Positions 36,101 through 43,510 of a stretch of DNA of 61,143 bases are shown here, piece after piece; position 1 is the first letter of the stretch, and each line of letters begins with the position of its first letter. The stretch lies in NCBI GenBank assembly GCA_964457075.1, contig CAYWDR010000001.1, positions 1 through 61,143 of the forward strand. The letters are read 5' to 3'. The position numbers were made by a program, and so were the translations under genes. The stretch comes from an uncultured Solibacteraceae bacterium (GTDB lineage: Bacteria; Acidobacteriota; Holophagae; Holophagales; Holophagaceae). Under the pieces are notes generated by a model. That model saw nothing but the letters and a program-made list of their open reading frames with translations. It did no database searches and was not told the DNA's origin.

Positions 36101-39100
36101 GAAGCCGAGGGGGGGAATCGGGAGGGCCTGGTAAGGCAGGTCTCGACCTCGGGCCTGGGCCCGGCCGTGGCCCGAACCCTGGACTACGATGGGCATCGAC
36201 GCCTCGCGAGCCTCGTGGAGTCCCAGGCGAACGGGGCCGTGACGGAAAGCTACGGTTATGACGATCTGGGGCGCGCCATCACCAAGACCCTTTCGGATGG
36301 CGACTACGCTTTCACCGTCGCCCAAAGCCTGGATGCCTTTGGCAAAGCGGTGGAGCTGAGGTATCCCACGGGCGGGGGCCGGGGCGCCCGGAGCGCCGTG
36401 ACCCGATATGACGCCCTTCACAGGCCCATCAGCCAGGATTTCGATGGGCTCACCAACGTGGCGGCCCTGGCCTACGACCAGACGATGAATGGCGAGGAAG
36501 GGGAGCGCCTAGCCTTCGCCAACGGGGCCACCACCACCTGGCAGCGGAACACCCACCAGGAACTGAGCCGGGTCATCCATGGCGCGGCCTCGGGGATGGT
36601 GGAGGATGCGGCCGTGGCCTGGTCCGAGGATGGGCTGATGACGGCCCGGGGCGGGGATGAGTTCCAGTACGACGAATTGGGCCGGCTGAAGCTTGCCCGG
36701 GTCTGGGGCCTGCGGGGCGAGCGGGTGGAGCAGGGCTTCGGATATGACTTGTCCGGCAATCGCACCTCCGTGACGAGCACGGCCCTGGTGGGCGCCCTGC
36801 CGGAGGAGGCCGCCACCTTCAGCTTGAACGTCGGGGTGGATAATCGCCTGCCGGAAACGACGACGGAGGGCGTGGCCACGGGGCGGGACTACAACGAGTT
36901 GGGCCGGCTCAACCGCATCTGGGCCGTGCCGGGCCGGTCGGAGACGCTGACCACATGGACCCATGATGCCGAAGGACGCGTGGTGGGCCAGGGAGGCTCT
37001 CAGGCAGAATGGGCGGAAAACTACCTGCTGGATGGGTCGGGCCTTCGGTTCCGGCGGGTGAAGCGGGATGGCACCGTCGTGTACACCGTGTACGGGTTCA
37101 ACCGGGAGCCCCTGAGCACTTTCCAGAAGCGACCTCCGGCCCCGCCCACGGCGGGGACGATGAGCCTTTCGGCAGCCAAAAAAACCGGGCTCCGATTGAG
37201 CATTGAACCGGGAGACGGGACCGACGCGGAAATCTTGCAACCCGCCGGGCCAGTGACGGTGCAGGTGGGACAAAACCTGTACTTCGAGGGGGAAGGGATC
37301 GGGACGAGTTTCTCCTGGACCTTCGGGGATGGGACGAGCGCCACCGGGAAGACGGCCACCAAGGCCTACGCGAGCGCCGGCACCTACACGGCCCGGTTCA
37401 CGGCGAGGCGAAGCGGCTCGCCGAACACCACCGCCAGCGTGGCGATCACGGTGGTGGCGCCGGCGAAGCCCGTGATTGTTACCTTCACCGCGAACCCCAG
37501 CGCGATCCTTCAGGGCCAGGGTTCGACCCTGAGCTGGTCGGTGAGCGGGGCGACGAGCGTGGCCCTCGACCAAGGCCTCGGGGCCGTGAGTGCCAGCGGA
37601 ACTCTCGCCGTGAGCCCCACCACCACGACGACCTACACGCTGACCGCCACGAACGCCGCCGGCAGCGTGGCGGCCCAGGCCACGGTGACGGTGAATTTGC
37701 CGCCCCCGCCCCAGATCGAGAGCTTCACGGCCAACCCATCCCTGATTGAAGAAGGGCAGGGCAGCACCCTCACATGGTCGGTGACGGGGGCGGCGAGCCT
37801 GGCGATCAACGGCGCCGCCGTGAGCGGGACGAGCCTGGCCGTGAACCCGAATGCGAGCGCCAACTACACCCTCGTGGCGACCAACGCAGGCGGGAGCGCC
37901 TCCGCCACCACCACCGTGACGGTGCGCCCCAAGCTGACCTGGGTGTCGGACGCGGTGTACGGATTCGGCCAGTTGCTCCTGGAGAAGCGGGGGAGCCAGC
38001 TCCTCTACCAGCAGGGAGATCACCTCGGCACCCCGAGCGTGCTCACCGATGCCAATGGCGCCGTGGTGGGTCGGCAGAAGGGCCTGCCCTTCGGAGAGCG
38101 CTTCCTCGGCACGGGGGAGAAGTCCCTCCGGCGCTTCACGAACCATGAGGATGGCCCCCAGTTTCCCATCCACATGCAGGCGCGGATGTACCTGCCGAGC
38201 TACGGCCGTTTCGCGGAAGTGGATCCGGCCTACGACCACAGCGCCGATGGGCTGAACCTCTACAGCTACGTCTCCAACAACCCCGTCACGAGCAGTGACC
38301 CGGATGGGATGCGGGAGATGGGAGGGGACCGGCTCAGCCCCTCGGGGAACAAGCTGAACTTATTTGATTTGCAACGCTGGGGGGGAATGGAGGACCTTGA
38401 TGCCGAATTCTTGGGTCGGAGCCAATCCTTGGAGGCTCAAGCGGATGCGTATTTTGCTAGCGTCGGCCCTCGGGCCGTCATCCAGACTCCGGGGCAACCG
38501 GACATCGACTTGGGACCGGCCTGGGGGAATCCGTACCTGCGGCCCAAAGCCGAGATGCCGGGGATATTCCGGGAAACCTGGAATGGACAATCCTGGGAAC
38601 GGCAGCAGGTCAGTTCCGTAACCACGGACCACGCTGCGGTGAACGGGATCTTGAATGATCTGAACGACGCCTCGAAATTGATGGGAGACCATGTGCGTTC
38701 CCGCTTCGGCCAGGGAATTAATGAGTACACCCTGATTCATGTTCCGACCCATGGGTTCTTCTCCGATATCTTCAAAGCGGGCCTAGAGAAGGTAAACGTA
38801 AATACTGCGGAGGCGACCTTGGTGGCTCGGGCCCTGCTTCGCGCCTCGGAGGAGGGACGGAACGTGAAGTGGATCGCCCACAGCCGGGGAGGGGCCGTTT
38901 TCGCCCAGGCCATGCAGATGCTGGTGTCCGGTGGGCACACCCTTAAGGGTCAGACCGTGGCCTTCCATGGAAGCGCGAGCAATCCATTCGTGTCCCGAGC
39001 CCTTGCCAGCCATCTTGGCGTTGCGTTTTTTGGCCGGGGATTCTTCAGCCACCCCTTGGATCCGGTGGCTAACCTCGTCGGCATGGGCACTCGCAATCCC

Positions 39101-39193
39101 TTTAAGTTGATCGGCTCCATATTTATTGCGCCCTTCCTGGGCTTCGATGCCATTCGGGGGCCAATCCACAGTCAGCCATACATGGGAGACTAG
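33140..39193 (+). CDS. Rhs/YD-repeat polymorphic toxin with signal peptide, internal PKD + Ig-like domains, RHS core and C-terminal alpha/beta-hydrolase toxin domain
   Basis: ATG 33140 is preceded by GGAG. There are many YD repeats (YDVFGRP, FEYDLLGRL, YDAYGRL, YGYDDLGRA, FQYDELGRL, FGYDLSGNR, YNELGRL). PKD motif FSWTFGDGTSATG. The RHS core ends YSYVSNNPVTSSDPDGM (38297-38311). Confidence 0.9.
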   Translation: MPHSLFQILWSGVRQTGAWGLGLLLVSSLRGGEPGAGNRDVRVQGRMIQAGPARVDAVSGQVELRLPLGPALPGRIPMGIQWRYDSGSAGYTKAGVSPFIWPDVTESFSERKVVVRVNHADTSYYHTTSISSTTGRKWLSDRSVAAPSFLEGLTNPLYRVRVYADEGSSSHLVATRWYRLKTWPDGLVTEVDLGYQLAVVSGDLAMATDFTPNVSASLVTRLSNRWGDWVRITEEGRPLSRLRMESNLGHWVELSAVVPLPADGSFGQATYEVGNNLGLAKVSFTAEGSASGDTPGQLWPTCTQLGLKTLSDAVQGLRLTLVGASYGLESIALASGATYTFTYISTTAGNQATEGFAAEDSGAVKKGDWKGWEPVRHGSGLHTIGVFRKAVAQIQITSSVPGEQGGRVELTRAVPQPTGYNAAEGTITWSAKAHSTTILKYPNPVPTAGEPARFTRLIHAEPLDVYGRPGQDSVAQRQMLLFTYSAVVKEESGILENGVEVVRSRAISDAWTLRSPKNADGLIASGLPLFPAPTRVLSERPQGDGPTTVVEQVDWDGSQFSIQSTTTWAPGAAVPGLDSTGRPAAIPWRGVEVAEGITVSGPIQRTQRAVRAWNTDLARWQTQSGSESVGGAEYAALRGAAAVDLGTKTFAYDVFGRPEAVTGTTGPYTSTHLQTYGPDRPEVESTTRSLSGPNGVPLSGRVGETYQYTGLWRSGVQSRPDTRWATEERDGLGRITATQSPDGVRVTFEYDLLGRLWRSTRQAKGSVAALSTWTEWDPAGRWVRQHAPGHDGSDLITETRLSAFGATLATTSAKGTAAERTITAEYDGFGQKVRESLSTKPGATPRFKTWIYEPDGFLRQVKNTRGIVLSTMARPVWGTLDGLSGLLSSVQGYRGQPQQGLRDLLGQVARTKDPKGQITAMAYDAYGRLKEIKRGVQVRSYTYNEVGWLLSQTQPEQGTTTFSEHTLLGLPMRAMRGPVTATTVLYSEAEGGNREGLVRQVSTSGLGPAVARTLDYDGHRRLASLVESQANGAVTESYGYDDLGRAITKTLSDGDYAFTVAQSLDAFGKAVELRYPTGGGRGARSAVTRYDALHRPISQDFDGLTNVAALAYDQTMNGEEGERLAFANGATTTWQRNTHQELSRVIHGAASGMVEDAAVAWSEDGLMTARGGDEFQYDELGRLKLARVWGLRGERVEQGFGYDLSGNRTSVTSTALVGALPEEAATFSLNVGVDNRLPETTTEGVATGRDYNELGRLNRIWAVPGRSETLTTWTHDAEGRVVGQGGSQAEWAENYLLDGSGLRFRRVKRDGTVVYTVYGFNREPLSTFQKRPPAPPTAGTMSLSAAKKTGLRLSIEPGDGTDAEILQPAGPVTVQVGQNLYFEGEGIGTSFSWTFGDGTSATGKTATKAYASAGTYTARFTARRSGSPNTTASVAITVVAPAKPVIVTFTANPSAILQGQGSTLSWSVSGATSVALDQGLGAVSASGTLAVSPTTTTTYTLTATNAAGSVAAQATVTVNLPPPPQIESFTANPSLIEEGQGSTLTWSVTGAASLAINGAAVSGTSLAVNPNASANYTLVATNAGGSASATTTVTVRPKLTWVSDAVYGFGQLLLEKRGSQLLYQQGDHLGTPSVLTDANGAVVGRQKGLPFGERFLGTGEKSLRRFTNHEDGPQFPIHMQARMYLPSYGRFAEVDPAYDHSADGLNLYSYVSNNPVTSSDPDGMREMGGDRLSPSGNKLNLFDLQRWGGMEDLDAEFLGRSQSLEAQADAYFASVGPRAVIQTPGQPDIDLGPAWGNPYLRPKAEMPGIFRETWNGQSWERQQVSSVTTDHAAVNGILNDLNDASKLMGDHVRSRFGQGINEYTLIHVPTHGFFSDIFKAGLEKVNVNTAEATLVARALLRASEEGRNVKWIAHSRGGAVFAQAMQMLVSGGHTLKGQTVAFHGSASNPFVSRALASHLGVAFFGRGFFSHPLDPVANLVGMGTRNPFKLIGSIFIAPFLGFDAIRGPIHSQPYMGD
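38312..39190 (+). other. C-terminal toxin domain of the Rhs protein (alpha/beta-hydrolase, lipase/esterase-like)
   Basis: 293 aa after the DPDGM cleavage-type motif. AAVNGILND strand, nucleophile elbow WIAHSRGG (Ser codon 38882-38884), VAFHGSA. GC content drops visibly from about 38.3 kb. Confidence 0.6.
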
Positions 39194-39195
39194 CA

Positions 39196-39894
39196 ATGAA
39201 AACAAATGGACGTCCGATCGGAGTAATTAGCATCCTTGGGGTGGGGATCATGGGATTGGCGCAGACACACGCGAATGGGCCGGAAAAAAACCAGTGGGTG
39301 GACCGGCGTATGGAGGTGGTGGCCCCTCAGGTGATGGCCTCGATCCAAGTCACCCTTCCAACGGGCGAGAATCGAGAATTCCTTGCAAAGTTTGCATCAT
39401 TGACTGACCTTCGCCTTCCATGTCCGACTCCATCATTTGGATATGAAGTGGCCGATCTTACTTGGAGCTATGAAAAGTGGTTTTGGCATGGACGCCATGG
39501 GAGCCTGCAATTTCGCGCAACGGTTCGCCGCGTGGATGGCATAGCTCAAGACCTTTCCATCATGGATGCTTTTGAACGATGGGCGATCCAAGATATTCGC
39601 GAGTACAACCAGGGGGTTTTGAGCCGAAAACCGATGAACCCAACCTATTTCCAGGAGCGTTGTGAGAGGGTGAAGGCTCATGAGCAAACCTGGCTTCGAT
39701 TTCAAAGGGATGGGAATGGAAAGGACTGGTTCGCCTATTTGCCGATTGACGGCAAACATCACCTGCAGGTGTTCTTTGCTTTCATACCCAATCGCGGCGA
39801 CATCTATCAAAGCGATTGGGAAGGTCAGGCCGCGGCTCTAGCGGAGCGGATCTTTCACACAATTCGGGTTGAAATCAAACCCCTCCCTCAATAG
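39196..39894 (+). CDS. Putative cognate immunity protein (secreted/periplasmic)
   Basis: It starts 2 nt after the Rhs stop with GGGAGA upstream. N-terminal hydrophobic signal MKTNGRPIGVISILGVGIMGLAQTHA. Low GC. No family recognised. Confidence 0.6.
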   Translation: MKTNGRPIGVISILGVGIMGLAQTHANGPEKNQWVDRRMEVVAPQVMASIQVTLPTGENREFLAKFASLTDLRLPCPTPSFGYEVADLTWSYEKWFWHGRHGSLQFRATVRRVDGIAQDLSIMDAFERWAIQDIREYNQGVLSRKPMNPTYFQERCERVKAHEQTWLRFQRDGNGKDWFAYLPIDGKHHLQVFFAFIPNRGDIYQSDWEGQAAALAERIFHTIRVEIKPLPQ

Positions 39895-39968
39895 CAGAAG
39901 GTTGGGATCCGTCTAGCGGGTCCCATCAGGGGATCTGTTCAATTAGGAATGATGAATTTGATCACGGA

Positions 39969-41999
39969 GTGCCGGTGGCGAATGGGTTTCTAAGATTTCT
40001 TTTGACACTCTGCCCACTCCTCGCCCAGGCACCCGGGTTGGCGCCATCAGCCCTTTCCCTCGGCCCACAACGGACCGTGGCCTCTCCTTGGTCGATTAGC
40101 CGGGGGCATTTTCAGGTGACCCTCCAAACGGGTACGGCCACCGAGGTGAGAGATTCCGACGGTTCCCTCGGGTTCTTCCTCGAAGGTCGGCTCACCTTCA
40201 GCTACACGAGCCTGGATCCCAGGGAACACCCGAGCATGAAATGGAACCAAGAGCGAACCGGCCACCTGAAGACGGAGAGCTACCCCGGGGTTTCCATGCG
40301 GATCGCCGGTCACGTGGAGCGAATGCTCATCTGGGCCCCCGTGGGAAGCCTCCCAACCTTGCCTACTGGGCCGGAGCTTGAAGGTTCAGCATCCGCCAAG
40401 GCCTTTCAACAACATCACCTCCGCTTTTCGCGCCGGGGAGGCTTCACACCCTGGAGCCTGCTTGCCCGGGCCCGCTACAACACCTCCTCCCAGCCCTTCC
40501 TGATGGCGCAGATCGAGGGCGAAGACGACTTCGTATATTGCTACGACCCGAATTGGGGAATGGAAGAAAGCTTCCACCTCCGGCGTGACTCCATCGCCAA
40601 TACCCCCGACGAGCAGGACGGACTCAACGCCCTGGTGCCACTATCCACGCAGCCCATCGGCCGCCCGGTTGGGGAGGTCCGCCCCCGTCGGCTGGTGCAG
40701 GACAAGATGGACCTGGATATCCGGGCCATGCGGGACGGAGAAGCCAAGGTCAGAGCCAAGGTCCACTATCGGGTGCTCCACGGCCCGGTCCGGCTCCTGA
40801 GCTTTGAATTCGAAGACCGGACCTACAAGTCGACCCGGGCCGGCACCCTGTTGAACTTGGATAGGACGATGACCCGGGTCCTCGACCAGGCAGGGAAGCC
40901 CTTGCCCTTCCAAGTCCTGCCCGGGGAGCTCCTGGTGCTTCTACCCGAGGTCGCCAAGGCCGGAGACAGTTTGGAACTCACCTTCGAGACCTCGGGGTCA
41001 CCCCTCAACTTCGTCGGAGGAGATAACGCATGGCGGTTGTCCGCGGAACCATGGCTGCCCCGGACCTCCCTCTATGAAATCCGCCAGAAGGTCCATGCGG
41101 TGGTTCACACGCAGCTTCCCCACCGGCCGGTGGCGCCGGGGCGCGTGATCAAGGAGTGGGAAGAGGGCGGCTTCGCCCACCAGGAGGTCCAGCTCGATCA
41201 AGCCAGCGCCTTCTTCGCCGTGCTCGGCGGGGCCTATACGATCCAGGTGGAGGTCCGGAATGGACGGCGCCTCCGCATCGCCACCTACGGCCTCCTCGGT
41301 GGGAACCACCAAACGCTCGCGAATCTGGCAGCCGAAAGCATCCGTTTCTATGAGACATTCCTCGGCCCCTTCCCCAGCGAGGAATTCCTGATCGCGCAAG
41401 TGAATGATTACGGTTGGGGGCAGGCTCCGCCCAGCATGATGTTCATCACCAATGAGGCTTTCAGGCCAGGGGACGGCCTGTGGAATCGGATTTTCTCATC
41501 GGGGATCAACCATCGCTTCGCCCACGAGATCGCCCACCAATACTGGGGGCACGCGGTGATGTGGGAATCCGAGGAGGAGACCTGGCTTTCGGAGGCCTTC
41601 GCGGATTACTCCTCCAGCCTGGTGATCGCCGCGGCGAAGGGTACGAATGGGCGCAACAGCCTCATCGCCGGCTGGCGTGAGGATGCGAAGGAATGCCAAT
41701 CCATCGGCACCATCCCCATGGCCAATCGGCTTTACGATCCAGTCCGTCCTGGATTCTCCAACCGCTTCCGGACCTTCCTGCTGTATCGGAAAGGACCCCT
41801 TTTGCTGTACAAAATCCATAAGGAAATCGGTGATAGCGCCTTCCTCACTTTCCTGAAGTCCTACCAAGCCTCCTTCCGTGGGGAAGATCAGTGGGGCAAC
41901 ACCAAGCATGTGAAGGGCCTTTTGGAAGTCATCACCAAACGTTCCTGGGACTCCTTTTTTAATGCGCATTACGACGGTACCGGGCTTCCCTCGGAGTAG
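39969..41999 (+). CDS. M1 family (gluzincin) metallopeptidase, secreted
   Basis: HEIAHQYWGH (41523-41537) followed by WLSEAFADY, which fits HExxH-X18-E. It has a signal-like N-terminus. The start is GTG 39969 or GTG 39975. Confidence 0.8.
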   Translation: MPVANGFLRFLLTLCPLLAQAPGLAPSALSLGPQRTVASPWSISRGHFQVTLQTGTATEVRDSDGSLGFFLEGRLTFSYTSLDPREHPSMKWNQERTGHLKTESYPGVSMRIAGHVERMLIWAPVGSLPTLPTGPELEGSASAKAFQQHHLRFSRRGGFTPWSLLARARYNTSSQPFLMAQIEGEDDFVYCYDPNWGMEESFHLRRDSIANTPDEQDGLNALVPLSTQPIGRPVGEVRPRRLVQDKMDLDIRAMRDGEAKVRAKVHYRVLHGPVRLLSFEFEDRTYKSTRAGTLLNLDRTMTRVLDQAGKPLPFQVLPGELLVLLPEVAKAGDSLELTFETSGSPLNFVGGDNAWRLSAEPWLPRTSLYEIRQKVHAVVHTQLPHRPVAPGRVIKEWEEGGFAHQEVQLDQASAFFAVLGGAYTIQVEVRNGRRLRIATYGLLGGNHQTLANLAAESIRFYETFLGPFPSEEFLIAQVNDYGWGQAPPSMMFITNEAFRPGDGLWNRIFSSGINHRFAHEIAHQYWGHAVMWESEEETWLSEAFADYSSSLVIAAAKGTNGRNSLIAGWREDAKECQSIGTIPMANRLYDPVRPGFSNRFRTFLLYRKGPLLLYKIHKEIGDSAFLTFLKSYQASFRGEDQWGNTKHVKGLLEVITKRSWDSFFNAHYDGTGLPSE

Positions 42000-42010
42000 G
42001 ATCCGGCTGA

Positions 42011-43222
42011 TCAGGCTTCATCCAGCCGCTCCGCCAAGTATTCCCCAATGGCCAGGGAGGCCGTGGCCGCCGGGCTGGGGGCGTTGAGCACGTGGAGGCA
42101 CCGTCCGACGCGCGCCACGACGAAATCGTCGGCCAGATCCCCGCTGGGGAGCACCGCCTGGGCGCGGACGCCGGCAGGGCCGGGGAGAAGGTGCTTCGCT
42201 TCCAGGGCGGGGACGAGGTGCTGGAGATCGCGAAGGAGGAGGCTTCGTAGGAAGGAGCGCGCCACCTCGTAGGCGCCCGTCCGGGCGTGCTTTCGGGCGA
42301 GGCGCCAGAAGCCGGGGTAGGTGAGCACGTCGCGGAGGTCCCGGGAGGAGACGTCGCCCCAGGAGTAGCCCTCCCGGGCCAGGGCCAGCACGGCGTTGGG
42401 GCCCGCGTCCACCTCGCCGTGGACGCCGCGGGTGAGGTGGACGCCGAGGAAGGGCAGGGCGGGGTCGGGCACGGGGTAGATGAGGCCCTTCACGATGGCG
42501 GCGCCTTCGGGGCTGAGGAGGTGGTACTCGCCGCGGAAGGGGATGATGCGCAGGGGGGGCGGAGCCTGGAGACCGTGGACGCGGTCGGCGTGGAGGCCCG
42601 CGCAGGCGACGGCGCGCTGTGCCAGGATCTCGCCCTCCTTCCACCGCAGGAGGAGGCCCTCGGGCCGCTCCTGAAGTCCCGTGACCTCCACGCCCAGGCG
42701 GATCTCCACCCCCTGGGCCAGCAGGCGCTCCTTCAAGCGGCGGGCCACGGCGGGGTAGTCGACGACGCCCGTGGCGGGGAGGTGGAGGGCGGCGAGACCG
42801 GCGGCGTGGGGTTCGAATTCGGCGAGGCCTTCGGGGTTAAGGGACCGGGCCTCGAGTCCATTCACGCGAGCCCGTTCCGTCAGCGCCTCCAGCCGCGGCA
42901 GCTCCTCGGGCCGGGTGGCGACGATCACCTTCCCGCACCGGGCGAAGGGCAGGCCCTCTTCTTGGCAGAAGGCCGCCATGAGCTCGGCGCCCTCCCGGCA
43001 GAGCCGGGCCCTCAGGCTGCCGGGCTTGTAGTAGATCCCCGAGTGCAGCACGCCCGAATTCCGCCCCGATTGGTGGGTGCCCACCTCCGCCTCCTTCTCC
43101 AGGAGGACGAGGGGGAGGTCCGGGTGGCGCCGGCGGAGAGCCCAGGCGGTGGCGAGGCCCACGAGGCCGCCGCCGATCACGCAAGTGGGAGGAGTCATGC
43201 CCATCAGGTTAGATGAATCCAT
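42011..43222 (-). CDS. lhgO: L-2-hydroxyglutarate oxidase (FAD-dependent)
   Basis: VIGGGLVGLATAW, HQSGRNSGVLHSGIYYKPGS, PFRGEYHLL, LIYPVPDPALPFLGVHLTR and NAPSPAATASLAIGE closely parallel E. coli LhgO. The start is ATG 43222, 43204 or 43198, not the 43366 given in the track. Confidence 0.88.
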   Translation of the reverse strand: MDSSNLMGMTPPTCVIGGGLVGLATAWALRRRHPDLPLVLLEKEAEVGTHQSGRNSGVLHSGIYYKPGSLRARLCREGAELMAAFCQEEGLPFARCGKVIVATRPEELPRLEALTERARVNGLEARSLNPEGLAEFEPHAAGLAALHLPATGVVDYPAVARRLKERLLAQGVEIRLGVEVTGLQERPEGLLLRWKEGEILAQRAVACAGLHADRVHGLQAPPPLRIIPFRGEYHLLSPEGAAIVKGLIYPVPDPALPFLGVHLTRGVHGEVDAGPNAVLALAREGYSWGDVSSRDLRDVLTYPGFWRLARKHARTGAYEVARSFLRSLLLRDLQHLVPALEAKHLLPGPAGVRAQAVLPSGDLADDFVVARVGRCLHVLNAPSPAATASLAIGEYLAERLDEA

Positions 43223-43235
43223 GGGAACTGCATGA

Positions 43236-43266
43236 CGCGGAGGCGCGGAGGCGCAGAGGCGCAGAG
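43236..43266. repeat. Solo arm of octamer repeats (GCGGAGGC/GCAGAGGC x4) related to the arms of palindromic element copy 2
   Basis: gcggaggcgcggaggcgcagaggcgcagag lies upstream of the lhgO start. No inverted partner was found within 300 bp. Confidence 0.7.
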
Positions 43267-43510
43267 AAAAGATTGAGACGTTGGGGAACTGAGTCGGGCA
43301 GGACCCGCCCCGCGAACCTGGCACCCTTCTTCCTAACTCCCCCCTTGGCAACCAGGGAGGGGTCATGCCGGGGTTAGGAGGACCGGGGGCGAGGCGATAT
43401 CACGGGCGTAATTTGCCCATTACTAAGGTCGCCCGGGGTCCCATCCCGATGAGGCAGCCATCCCACGGAGGCGAGCGCATGGCGGGTACGCGGCACTGGA
43501 GGGACACGGT

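Noticed and set aside
36509-38239. 576-aa antisense ORF inside the Rhs gene (and 34274-35356, 35447-36421)
   Set aside because: They are Gly/Arg/Pro/His-rich with no motifs, and the opposite strand carries continuous YD repeats and the RHS core.
31386-42010. Integrase, transposase, tRNA attachment site or T6SS genes associated with the island
   Set aside because: None could be found in any frame. The only boundary signal is the lhgO direct repeat, so I did not annotate a classical mobile_element feature.
43223-43366. N-terminal 48-codon extension of lhgO given in the ORF track
   Set aside because: It translates the octamer repeat arm (SIFSLRLCASAPPR). LhgO homologues start a few residues before the GGGxxG FAD motif.
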